Origin: Candidatus Heimdallarchaeota archaeon
GTDB lineage: Archaea; Asgardarchaeota; Heimdallarchaeia; Heimdallarchaeales; Heimdallarchaeaceae
DNA length: 64,000 bases
Reading direction: 5' to 3'
Assembly (NCBI GenBank): GCA_019057815.1
Contig: JAHLWR010000005.1
Span: forward strand, 96,001-160,000
The position numbers were made by a program, and so were the translations under genes. Positions 18,745 to 28,090 of the stretch are shown in pieces (the first letter of the stretch is position 1; each line of letters opens with the position of its first letter). The notes below the pieces were generated by a model. The model had not been told where the DNA came from. It searched no databases and saw only the letters and a program-made list of their open reading frames with translations.

Positions 18745-21669
18745 ATGAGAAAACAAAGAGCACTGGTGATTTTATTAATTTCTTATTTATCGTTAGCATT
18801 ACTTTATCCCAACTTCATTGGGGTTGAAACAAGTGAGAGCAAGAATTCAAACCTCAAATTATCAGAAAATTCAGAAAAAATGCAGATTATAAATGATAAT
18901 CAACAACACCCCTATGGAATAGGTGAGATCAAGCACGCGATTCTTCAACCTATTAAAGAAGAAAGTAAAGAGGATTGGGGTAAAAAAAGTACGTTAACAG
19001 GGGAAGGGGAAAATAACACAATCGAAGAGATACTTCAAGAATTCAAACCAAATGTAGATGTTATTGGTAAATATCTTGATACAACAATTGAAGGGGAAAT
19101 TCAAGAGAACAACACAATAATGGTTTTTCCTGAGAAGGGAGATTACATAATTGAAGGAAGTTTAGATGGTTTAAGCGTACAGTACTTGCAAAATTCTGGT
19201 GCGGAAACAAATCAATTGTTCTATTCCAATAATGTTCTTCAGGGAGGAGACATAGAAATCACAAGAGAAAAGGATAGTAGAAGTTTTGAAGGAGACTATA
19301 TTTGGAAATTTTATGCACAGAGCACTGAGCAAACGGTTTTTTCACTCTTCCAAGATGAAATAAATTTGTACAATGGAAATACCAAAATTAGTTACAATTA
19401 TTTGTTAGAATCAAATTCTAGTCTAAAAGAGGTAATTAATTCTTCACTAATATTTGATTTAGTTTTTGACACTTGCCGTATTATGATCATTCATTGGCAT
19501 TACACAGATGTAGATCCACCATTGATAGGAGGAAATACAACAGAACCATTTGTTGTTTATAGACTCCTTCAAAACTCAAGCTGGAATAATCAATGGAATA
19601 GCTATTCATTAAATTTTTCAGACTTATTTGAACCTGATGACCCATATATTCCCAGAAAATTAAAATCTATAGGGTTTTTTGTCGTTTCACCTGAATATTC
19701 AGAGTGCTCTATATTATTAGATAATTTTGAAATAAAAACAAGCTTAACACCAACTGATATAGACCTGAAGATAAACGATGAACCAGTTAGAACAATAGGA
19801 GAAGCACGGGGTAATTTCACATTACAGCTACAAATTAGTGAAAGTGAAATTGGACAAGAATATAGTCTGAATTGGTATTCAAACTCAAGTTTTGAATTAA
19901 ACGGTCATTTTCAAGTAAGTGTAAGTGGTACTGTTGTTATCCCATATACAACAAGCATAGAATTTAATGGTGATATACTAAACTACACAATTTTCATTAA
20001 CAACCTTAGTTCAAGCATAAACCCGATTAATATTTCATACCCAAACATATGGGATATATCAAATTTAAGTGAGTATTGTGACAATGTTTCTTCTGAAGAA
20101 TATGGTACTCAAAAAATTGTTACTCTAATAAGAGTGTTGCTTAATCAGAACTTTTACTGTAGTTTTAATATTGAAAATCTTATTGCAGATATAACATATG
20201 AACCATCTTTAACAGTATTCGAAACTATAAACATGTCATTTAATTTTGTGTGTCCACCAGAAATCAATGTTGTTTATGTATTTTGGTCAAATGTTGAAAG
20301 TGGTAGTATATCTACAAGTCTTATCAACAATAAAATTAGTTTTACTTACCCGCCAGATGTTCCTTGTGGTCCTACCAATACAAAAATTGTAATCATCGAA
20401 GAAAATACTATTGGATTTGTGGAAACGCTTGTTAATCTAACAAGAATACCAGCAAAGCTGATAGTTATGGAAGATATCGATATTCCGCAGTATGGTCTAA
20501 AAATGGTAGAAGTCACATATGAAAGTTTAGTTGAAAATATTGAAGTTAATAGTTTCAATCTGTATGCGTCATTAGAAGATGAAGAAATTTTCCCAATTTT
20601 AGGTGACAATAATTGCCAAATACCAGTTTCAACCTACCTTTTGAAGATAGGAGCATATAATCTCACTGTTTATGCAAGCTCAACCACGCACGCGTCTTTA
20701 GAATGCATTATAAAAATTAATGTTTATGAAAATGACATTAAAGTAGACTTCAATTATAAACAACTAGACGGCTTATCTAAATACCAGCTTGTTTTTAATA
20801 CTACAACCGATGGTTTTCCAATCAGTTTTGCACCATTAATAATTAACATTGGTGGTTATCAAATACTCACAGGAGTAACTGACATAGAAGGAAAATATTG
20901 TCATCATGTGACTTTGCCTTTAGATATAACAAGAATAAATGTTTCTATATCTTTAACAAAACTAAATAGTAAAATTCACACTGAACTGTATATACTTGAA
21001 TTTGAGGTTCTAGAAGCAAAGTTGCAAATAAATGAAAATGAGATTTTCATATCCGACAACATAACACTGAATTTTCAAATTCAATACCCAGTAGAACACG
21101 ATAAATGGTTTCTAACATTGCAGGATGAAATGGTACCCATCATAGAAGCTTATATCGAAACAGAAACCTACAGAATACCAGTTTTTTGTGAAGAAAATAC
21201 TGTTTTATGGCAAACCTTTGCTAATGAAAATACTGACAACCATAAATTAGTAATTACAACATCGGGACCTAGTTTTTCTGCGACATATGAACAAAAAGAA
21301 GATCAAGTCATAATGCACTTTATTATAGAATCCACTTTAAAAACATTTCAAAAAATTTCAGTGTTATATCCTTTAAATGGAAGTATTTCAACGGCTAAAT
21401 ATCAGTGGAAACTCTTAACAAGTGATGAATATGATGTTACTAGGGATTATGAATTGGAAGTAAATGATCTATACATCTACTTCACTAATGTTAACATATC
21501 AGAAGGAAGTTATTTAATTCTTAATCTTGTAGGAGAACAAATTTCCGATGTCAGAAGTATAACCAATATAATCATCCCAGCAGTTTCAGGCTCAAGTGTG
21601 TTACTGGGTGCAGTAGCAGCTATAATTAAAGTGTATAACAAGAAAAAAAGTATGATCCTAGAAATTTGA
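18745..21669 (+). CDS. Large secreted/surface glycoprotein with a C-terminal membrane anchor
   Basis: N-terminal signal peptide, beta-rich body, many NxS/T sequons, C-terminal TM plus basic tail. Confidence 0.75.
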   Translation: MRKQRALVILLISYLSLALLYPNFIGVETSESKNSNLKLSENSEKMQIINDNQQHPYGIGEIKHAILQPIKEESKEDWGKKSTLTGEGENNTIEEILQEFKPNVDVIGKYLDTTIEGEIQENNTIMVFPEKGDYIIEGSLDGLSVQYLQNSGAETNQLFYSNNVLQGGDIEITREKDSRSFEGDYIWKFYAQSTEQTVFSLFQDEINLYNGNTKISYNYLLESNSSLKEVINSSLIFDLVFDTCRIMIIHWHYTDVDPPLIGGNTTEPFVVYRLLQNSSWNNQWNSYSLNFSDLFEPDDPYIPRKLKSIGFFVVSPEYSECSILLDNFEIKTSLTPTDIDLKINDEPVRTIGEARGNFTLQLQISESEIGQEYSLNWYSNSSFELNGHFQVSVSGTVVIPYTTSIEFNGDILNYTIFINNLSSSINPINISYPNIWDISNLSEYCDNVSSEEYGTQKIVTLIRVLLNQNFYCSFNIENLIADITYEPSLTVFETINMSFNFVCPPEINVVYVFWSNVESGSISTSLINNKISFTYPPDVPCGPTNTKIVIIEENTIGFVETLVNLTRIPAKLIVMEDIDIPQYGLKMVEVTYESLVENIEVNSFNLYASLEDEEIFPILGDNNCQIPVSTYLLKIGAYNLTVYASSTTHASLECIIKINVYENDIKVDFNYKQLDGLSKYQLVFNTTTDGFPISFAPLIINIGGYQILTGVTDIEGKYCHHVTLPLDITRINVSISLTKLNSKIHTELYILEFEVLEAKLQINENEIFISDNITLNFQIQYPVEHDKWFLTLQDEMVPIIEAYIETETYRIPVFCEENTVLWQTFANENTDNHKLVITTSGPSFSATYEQKEDQVIMHFIIESTLKTFQKISVLYPLNGSISTAKYQWKLLTSDEYDVTRDYELEVNDLYIYFTNVNISEGSYLILNLVGEQISDVRSITNIIIPAVSGSSVLLGAVAAIIKVYNKKKSMILEI

Positions 21670-21673
21670 AGAT

Positions 21674-21784
21674 TCAGTCTACTTCTTCTTCTTTTCCTAT
21701 ACTAAAGGCATGATAGAATAATGCAAATAGAACAGCTAAGACGGCTACAAAAACCACCAGTGTGAAAACTACGTTAAAGTTCAT
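21674..21784 (-). CDS. 36-aa single-TM micro-protein MNFNVVFTLVVFVAVLAVLFALFYHAFSIGKEEEVD (Ost4-like)
   Basis: Clean ATG-TGA frame, TATA-like TTATTAAT about 25-30 nt upstream, TM segment plus charged tail. Confidence 0.65.
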   Translation of the reverse strand: MNFNVVFTLVVFVAVLAVLFALFYHAFSIGKEEEVD

Positions 21785-21867
21785 ATAAACCGATGATGCA
21801 GTCTTCTTGGTATTAATAAGGCTTTCGAATTACAATCAAATGAAGGGAAATGGAGAAAAAAGAAAAA

Positions 21868-23982
21868 TCACTTTGATAGCGTTTGATTAACTATTGTCTT
21901 TGTGGAATCTCTAAAATTAATTTTTGAAATTCTCGCTAATACAATCTCTAGGCTGTCCAAAAAAGGGTTTTTTTTCACTTTTCCCTCAATTATTTGCTCG
22001 GAGTATTCAAAATTTTTATTCTTTAAATAGAAGTAAGGCGCCTTAACTGAATCTACAGCAATTTCCGCGGCTTTTTCAGTTGTTATCCCCATTACATTTT
22101 CCGCGATTCTTCCGGCACAAAGAACGTTAATGTCTCCAGTTCCATCATTGGCAGTAAAAGAAAATAAGAGTCTATACTCAGGATTTTGAATATTTCCATC
22201 TTCTTGGCAGATGTAATCATCATCCTTCTTTTCTATCTTTTTCCCGCAAGTAGGGCAAAAGGCATACACATACCGCTTTTCAGCGAGTTTGACAACTGTG
22301 GCTCTTATTCTTACTTCGTCTCCTTCTTTAACATTTTCAATGTTTTGTATTACTAAACTTTGTTGATTCATTTCTGATACTTCTGTTCCTGATATAAAAT
22401 CTGGAGAAAGAAAATCACTACTATGGGATACTTTGATAATAGACCTTTTAGTGACTATTAAATCGGGATTGTAACTCGGGTTAACTTTAGTTCTGGCATT
22501 TAGTACCTCAATTAAATCCCCGCTTTCCAAGTTCTCTAGTTTCGTAGTGTTATCTCGCCAACAGTTTACTCGTATAACGCCTGTATTATCTTGTAATTTG
22601 AATGTCCTAAGATCAATCGTTTCGTTATTTTTTGTAACAATTTGCCTTAAAGGTTCTAGTTCGAGAATCAATCCTCTTACATGAATTTCTTCTTTTTCCT
22701 CCGAAATTTCAGAAATATTAGTAAATGCAACTTGATATTGGTTAATAATGTTTGAAGGTGCCGTTTCTAAATCAATTCGTGTTTGTTTCCCACAATATAT
22801 TTCAATATCAGTGTATTGATTTTTACGTGTATAACCATTTAGTATTGTGATTATTTTGTCAATAGGTTGTTCATCTACCAATTGAACTTTATCATCCCAA
22901 AACACAACTCTCATTACTCCTGTATCGTCTGATATAGAAATGTTTCGCACTCTACCAATTGAATTATCATCTCGAGTAAATTCATGTATTGATCCAACAG
23001 AAATTATTAAACCTTTTACTGAAACAGTTTTATTGCTTTCTTGAATATGGGCAATCTTTGATTGAGTTTCTACTTCTTTGGCAGAAGATCCTATAAAACC
23101 TCTTTTTACTTTAATATCTTTAACTTCTTCTGATTGTACTATTGAAGTAAACCTTGTTGTATGAAGTTCTATAAAACCTTTGAGACCTAGTTTGGCAGAT
23201 AGTCCAATTACATCGACAATTTCATTGACTTTAAAAGTCGCCAACATTTCCACTTTTTCATTCCAGAAATTCAGATTAACTTCTCCTGTTTCATCACCAA
23301 TAATTATGCTTTGCCTTTTTCCTTTAGATCCGTCGGAGCGTTCGAATTCGTGTATTGTATCAATTTGTGTAATTTTGCCTCTAACATTGATGTCTATTTC
23401 TTCACATTCTATACCATCAATTTTTATGAATAGGGTCTCAAAGGAAGGTAAATCGGTATCTTTGATCCCAGAAGGGCGTATTTGAAGTTGACTCCTAATA
23501 CCAAGGTGTAATTCCGTAGAACCATCTTTCCCTTGTTTTGTGTAACCACCAATTATTCGAACTGAATCACCAAGTTTACAATTGCTTTCTTTAACTACTT
23601 CAGCTTTCTGATCCCAAGCAACAACACGTATTTTCCCTGTTTTATCTTCTACAGTTATTGGTTGTAACTGACCTTCAGTACCATCTTTCTTTTTGAAGGT
23701 TATTTTATCATATATCCGTACTATCCGTCCTATTAGAGAAACGTTATTAATATCAGAAACAAGTTGAGCAATTTCTAAAGTAGATGGAACCACTTCTTTG
23801 GATTCTTGAGAAATATTAACACCAAGTTCTCTAGCAATTATATGTGCTGCGCCCAATTCAGTTACAAAGTCCCCAAATTCGTTGATTTTTGATTTAATTA
23901 ATTCATGGATTTTATCGTTCTCCATCCCAGTCTCTGTTTTAATAGTATTAACAATTTCTGTTAATGTAGGGGTATTTGACAT
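21868..23982 (-). CDS. rpa: Replication protein A (multiple OB folds, C-terminal zinc finger)
   Basis: Four repeats of DxTGxI/MRVxxW; CPTCGKK...YIC; DGTG. Confidence 0.88.
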   Translation of the reverse strand: MSNTPTLTEIVNTIKTETGMENDKIHELIKSKINEFGDFVTELGAAHIIARELGVNISQESKEVVPSTLEIAQLVSDINNVSLIGRIVRIYDKITFKKKDGTEGQLQPITVEDKTGKIRVVAWDQKAEVVKESNCKLGDSVRIIGGYTKQGKDGSTELHLGIRSQLQIRPSGIKDTDLPSFETLFIKIDGIECEEIDINVRGKITQIDTIHEFERSDGSKGKRQSIIIGDETGEVNLNFWNEKVEMLATFKVNEIVDVIGLSAKLGLKGFIELHTTRFTSIVQSEEVKDIKVKRGFIGSSAKEVETQSKIAHIQESNKTVSVKGLIISVGSIHEFTRDDNSIGRVRNISISDDTGVMRVVFWDDKVQLVDEQPIDKIITILNGYTRKNQYTDIEIYCGKQTRIDLETAPSNIINQYQVAFTNISEISEEKEEIHVRGLILELEPLRQIVTKNNETIDLRTFKLQDNTGVIRVNCWRDNTTKLENLESGDLIEVLNARTKVNPSYNPDLIVTKRSIIKVSHSSDFLSPDFISGTEVSEMNQQSLVIQNIENVKEGDEVRIRATVVKLAEKRYVYAFCPTCGKKIEKKDDDYICQEDGNIQNPEYRLLFSFTANDGTGDINVLCAGRIAENVMGITTEKAAEIAVDSVKAPYFYLKNKNFEYSEQIIEGKVKKNPFLDSLEIVLARISKINFRDSTKTIVNQTLSK

Positions 23983-23994
23983 TAGTTAACCATC

Positions 23995-25347
23995 CTAATT
24001 ATTTTGTATAAAGTTTGTGATTAGTTGAGTGTTCTTAATATCATCAATTTTTAAATTTTTAATCTGGTTTTTGTTTAACACCAGAAAAACTTCAGCTATA
24101 TCTTTGTGTAAAGAATAAATTGTTTTAAAATCGGATGGGAAAATAGAAACTAAGGATAACCAAAATATATCTTCATTGTGTCCCAAAAGCTCAAAAGACT
24201 CTATAAATGGTAGTTTGTTGTACAATTCCACCAATTCATTTTTTGAAATTATTAATAATTGAGTCAATTTGTTCCCCCCAAAAAATAATTTTGGTTGAAC
24301 AATACCGCTTTCAACTAATTTCGACTTGGTACGAATTAATGTTCGAACTGAAACATCGTTTTGATTAGATATCCTACTTAATTCAGGTCGTTTATAGTTT
24401 TTTTCACAGTTTCTCATAAGTTGAAGAATATATTTTTTATTTAATGAATAAATAAAGTCATCAGAATCAAAGTTTACAATTGTTATATTCCTTTTAGCTT
24501 TACTAAGTGGAGAATGCCCCCACCAATCTTGAATAGATATACCTTTACTGAGAATACTAGGGTTCCCAATAATTTTCTTTGATTTCACATGAAAAAATGA
24601 AGAATTGTCAATATTGGAATAAGTGACTCCATGAAAGAGTGATAATTGAGGAAACAAATCATGTTTCTCCAGAAACACAAACACATCGTTGAAAATATCA
24701 CTATAGTCAAAACAAAATACTTCTTTTAATCCGATAGAGGAATAATTTACTAAACTTCCAAGATAAATTCCTTTTAGCGTAAGATTTTTCATAGTTGTGG
24801 TAATTTTCTTTTCAGAAACACCTAGTTCCTTTGAAATTTTCCTGTATGAAGTTAATGGATCTTTCTCTAAACGCTCTAACAATTTCTGCTCTATATAAGT
24901 AAGAAAACGCTCTGAAGATAGTTTAACTAACCGCTTTTCAAAATGCTTTAAAGTTTGATTCAAAGTCATTGATTTTGTGTAAAATACATCATGAAAAATT
25001 TTAAGTTCAACCCAAAAATCTTTGTAATCAACATATTTCCATAATTTTGTTATATGGATAGAATGTTTATTAAAAAAATATTTCGCAAAAATATCCGCTG
25101 TTTTACACCTGAAACCCGAAGAGAAGTGCGATAAACTGTCACGGAACAAATTAATTGTTTTTGTAGCAGAATATTTTGTAACCTCTAAGCGAAAATCAGA
25201 AACATTGATATTTCCAGTTAAAAGTCGTTTAATCAAGGATTTTGTTTTTTCATTAGTTTGATTTTGTAATAAGGAATCCTCACTAATCTTTTCATTCACA
25301 TCCATTTTCGTCAGTAAAATAACATCACTTGAGTATTTATAACCCAA
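23995..25347 (-). CDS. Protein with two HTH/AsnC-like segments
   Basis: DPLTSYRKISKELGVSEKKI and ISNQNDVSVRTLIRTKSKLVESGIV. Confidence 0.6.
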   Translation of the reverse strand: MGYKYSSDVILLTKMDVNEKISEDSLLQNQTNEKTKSLIKRLLTGNINVSDFRLEVTKYSATKTINLFRDSLSHFSSGFRCKTADIFAKYFFNKHSIHITKLWKYVDYKDFWVELKIFHDVFYTKSMTLNQTLKHFEKRLVKLSSERFLTYIEQKLLERLEKDPLTSYRKISKELGVSEKKITTTMKNLTLKGIYLGSLVNYSSIGLKEVFCFDYSDIFNDVFVFLEKHDLFPQLSLFHGVTYSNIDNSSFFHVKSKKIIGNPSILSKGISIQDWWGHSPLSKAKRNITIVNFDSDDFIYSLNKKYILQLMRNCEKNYKRPELSRISNQNDVSVRTLIRTKSKLVESGIVQPKLFFGGNKLTQLLIISKNELVELYNKLPFIESFELLGHNEDIFWLSLVSIFPSDFKTIYSLHKDIAEVFLVLNKNQIKNLKIDDIKNTQLITNFIQNN

Positions 25348-25425
25348 AATTTTCTATTGTAATACACACAAAAAAATAAAACAAATTGAAAAAATAGAGA
25401 GTCTATTTTTCCTAAACACAGAAAA

Positions 25426-26508
25426 CTAGCTCTTAATAATTTTCTGTCTTCTATATGATCGATATTTATAGATAAATATAGATAAGCTAAAAATTACTAC
25501 AGATAAGCCAACAACAGTAAGTGCAAAATATTGAAACGATAACACTGCTGGAAGAACTTTCTCATAAGGAGTTAATTTTAACAGCCAAGAAACAATGTTG
25601 AACCACAATTCTAAGTTTTGTGATTGTTCAACCCATGTTTCTTCTTCTGTTATTTTTAAATCGCTGAACATGATTGATGAACCAGAGATAACTAACCTAG
25701 AAGAGCCAGTTTCCTTGACAAATAACCAAGTGAGAAAACCAGTATTAATATCTCTGAAAATTGAATAATCATCACTAACAGAATATGAAGTGATTGGTGT
25801 TCTTCCGATCGCTACATCGGTTTCTTCACTACCCAGTATTATTGATGTTGAGTAAAGAGTAATATTTTCAATTTTATATTCTTGATCAAATATAACATGA
25901 GAACTTTCGTAATTTGTAATAAAGAGATATGAATCGTTACCATATTTTCCTAAATAATCATCAATGATTATGGTAGAATGAGAGATATTAGAACTGCTTC
26001 TTCTAATTCGTGCAGATGTTAATCTATCATCCTTTGCACTTAACAATTCGTTGATGGGTAAAGGATGGCCAGTAATAGATTCATTTTGTGTTAATGGATT
26101 ACTTAAAACAAATAGTGACCCTCCGAGTTCAGCAAAATCGAGAATAGCATCAGTTTCGGAAGATGTAAAAATATGCTCATCCTCAATACTAGGATTGGTA
26201 ATGATTAATAAATCCACACCCTGTAAGTTTGTGGAATTGAATTTTCCTTCAGAGTGATAAAGGATTTTTATGTTAATGTCTTCACTTATGTTAGTTACCA
26301 TCTCATTCAAAGCCTCGATGGCTTTTATCATGTAATTTCTAGTGAAGAACTGACCATGTGACTCATCAAATAATATCACATATTCAGTGGTTGGTTCTCC
26401 GATAGCTGTGGTAGGTAACATTGTTACAAAGAACGATGTTAGATAAAGTAACAGAAACACAAATTTACTAGTTTTCATGGCAACTTTTGTAACTGATTTT
26501 CTTTTCAT
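25426..26508 (-). CDS. Membrane-anchored GIFT/DUF4350-like (class I glutamine amidotransferase-like) protein
   Basis: Signal peptide, ILFDESHGQ, DLLIITNP, GGSLFV, RLVISGSS.MFSD, NIVSWL, C-terminal TM. Confidence 0.7.
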   Translation of the reverse strand: MKRKSVTKVAMKTSKFVFLLLYLTSFFVTMLPTTAIGEPTTEYVILFDESHGQFFTRNYMIKAIEALNEMVTNISEDINIKILYHSEGKFNSTNLQGVDLLIITNPSIEDEHIFTSSETDAILDFAELGGSLFVLSNPLTQNESITGHPLPINELLSAKDDRLTSARIRRSSSNISHSTIIIDDYLGKYGNDSYLFITNYESSHVIFDQEYKIENITLYSTSIILGSEETDVAIGRTPITSYSVSDDYSIFRDINTGFLTWLFVKETGSSRLVISGSSIMFSDLKITEEETWVEQSQNLELWFNIVSWLLKLTPYEKVLPAVLSFQYFALTVVGLSVVIFSLSIFIYKYRSYRRQKIIKS

Positions 26509-26785
26509 CTTTACACCTTTTGCAGGTAAATTTCCAGTAATTCATTTTTTATAAGGGAGTATGCATAGCTCCTATTATTATTGATGAGATACTATTGCCT
26601 GTCCAATTTTTTTAATTCGTTCCAAGGAATAGTTGAACATTAAGGCGATGGTGCCCATTATTACGCGCTTGTTAGCAAAATAAAAGATGGGATATTTAGA
26701 CTTTTCGCCCTTTGTGGAATTTTTAACGCGTGAAATATGTGAACATAATGTTTAAAAGTTTCTTATTTTGTTTTATAATAGATTT

Positions 26786-26861
26786 GCCTCGATAGCTCAG
26801 CAGGTAGAGCGCTTCCTTGGTAAGGCAGAGGTCAGGGGTTCAAACCCCCTTCGGGGCTCCA
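26786..26861 (+). tRNA. tRNA-Thr(GGT)
   Basis: GCCTCGA/TCGGGGC acceptor stem, TAGCTCAG, TT-GGT-AA loop, GGTTCAAACC, CCA. Confidence 0.93.
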
Positions 26862-26933
26862 TACATATTTTTCACTAGAAAATACGTAATATGAACAAAC
26901 GAAATCTTTTTTTCTATCAATGTTAATTGCTAA

Positions 26934-27728
26934 ATGAAGAAAATGAAGAATTTTCTACAAAATGATGAAGAGATAATAGAAGAGATATGTAAATTTATTA
27001 AAACAGAAATAGAACTTTCGAGAACAAACGGCACAATTATCGGGATTAGTGGAGGGATTGATTCAGCCTTAGTAGCCTATTTAACTGTTAAAGCTATAGG
27101 TAAAAACAAAGTCTGTTTAGTTCACCTCCCTGAAACAGCTCTAAATCCAGAACATTCACAAGATGCGGAGATTGTTGCAAAAGGACTTAGTTTACCTTTA
27201 AGAACAATTGATATCTCAACAATTTTAGAGAGTTACATTCAATTATTACCAAATCTAGAAACTAATCGACTCGCTAAAGGAAATTTGAAGGCAAGAATAA
27301 GAGCGGTTATATTCTATTCAATTGCCAATTTAGAGAATCGTTTAGTAATAGGAGCTTCAAATAAATCTGAAATTATGATAGGTTATGGAACCAAATATGG
27401 TGACTTAGCAGCTGATATATGGCCAATAGCAGACCTGTATAAAACAGAAGTAGTCAAACTTTCTAAAACACTAGGAATAAACGAGAAAATTATCCTAAAA
27501 CCGCCAACAGCAGGACTTTGGCCAGATCAAACAGACGAAGGAGAAATAGGTATTAATTACAACAAATTGGACAAATTATTGCTAGTAATAGAAAATGTTG
27601 AAATAATTGATAATATAAAAGAGAAATTACAAATAAATCAAAAGAAAATTGATCATATCAAAAACATGATTGAAAAAAGTAAACATAAACGCAAATTGCC
27701 TAATAAATTTAGCATTAAAAGAGATTAA
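26934..27728 (+). CDS. nadE: NH3-dependent NAD+ synthetase
   Basis: GISGGIDSA, GNLKARIR, NKSE...GYGTKYGD, PPTAGLWPDQTDE. Confidence 0.96.
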   Translation: MKKMKNFLQNDEEIIEEICKFIKTEIELSRTNGTIIGISGGIDSALVAYLTVKAIGKNKVCLVHLPETALNPEHSQDAEIVAKGLSLPLRTIDISTILESYIQLLPNLETNRLAKGNLKARIRAVIFYSIANLENRLVIGASNKSEIMIGYGTKYGDLAADIWPIADLYKTEVVKLSKTLGINEKIILKPPTAGLWPDQTDEGEIGINYNKLDKLLLVIENVEIIDNIKEKLQINQKKIDHIKNMIEKSKHKRKLPNKFSIKRD

Positions 27729-27917
27729 CGCTGAGGATAGAGATTCAAAAAGTTGTGTTTACATTTATCTTAATAGCAAGACGTTCGAAGGTGCGCTCAT
27801 AAACCATCAAAATCAACTGTTTTTATTGGGTTTATATATCATATTAATAATATAAATTTGAAAAAGAAAAAAAGGTGTTCACTATCGCTACTGATGTTAT
27901 CACGCGAGCATTTAATC

Positions 27918-28090
27918 TTGAATTAGTTGACATAGATCAAGAGTTCAATTACATAATCTTCAGTAAACTTTGTTCAACGCACGTTATGAAACTTGGTTAA
28001 AATTGCCAGAGGCTTTCTAACCGTCGTTTGAATGGTTCCCCTCACGTGCGTTGAGGGGAGGGAAGGATCGTGAAGATAAAGGTCTACCTT
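27918..28090 (-). ncRNA. Putative omegaRNA / right end of the large TnpB-like element
   Basis: 8-bp hairpin at 28037-28059 whose loop is complementary to 27977-27983; terminal hairpin 27918-27948 ending TTCAA on the minus strand. Confidence 0.55.

Noticed and set aside
26640-26712. GGCGATGGTG... resembling a fluoride riboswitch start
   Set aside because: Lacks the adjacent TTCGCC pairing and the downstream GCTRATGAC motif; only a loose hairpin
26786-26861. tRNA-Thr as the integration site of the accessory region
   Set aside because: No duplicated tRNA 3' end and no integrase seen in the window; nadE intervenes
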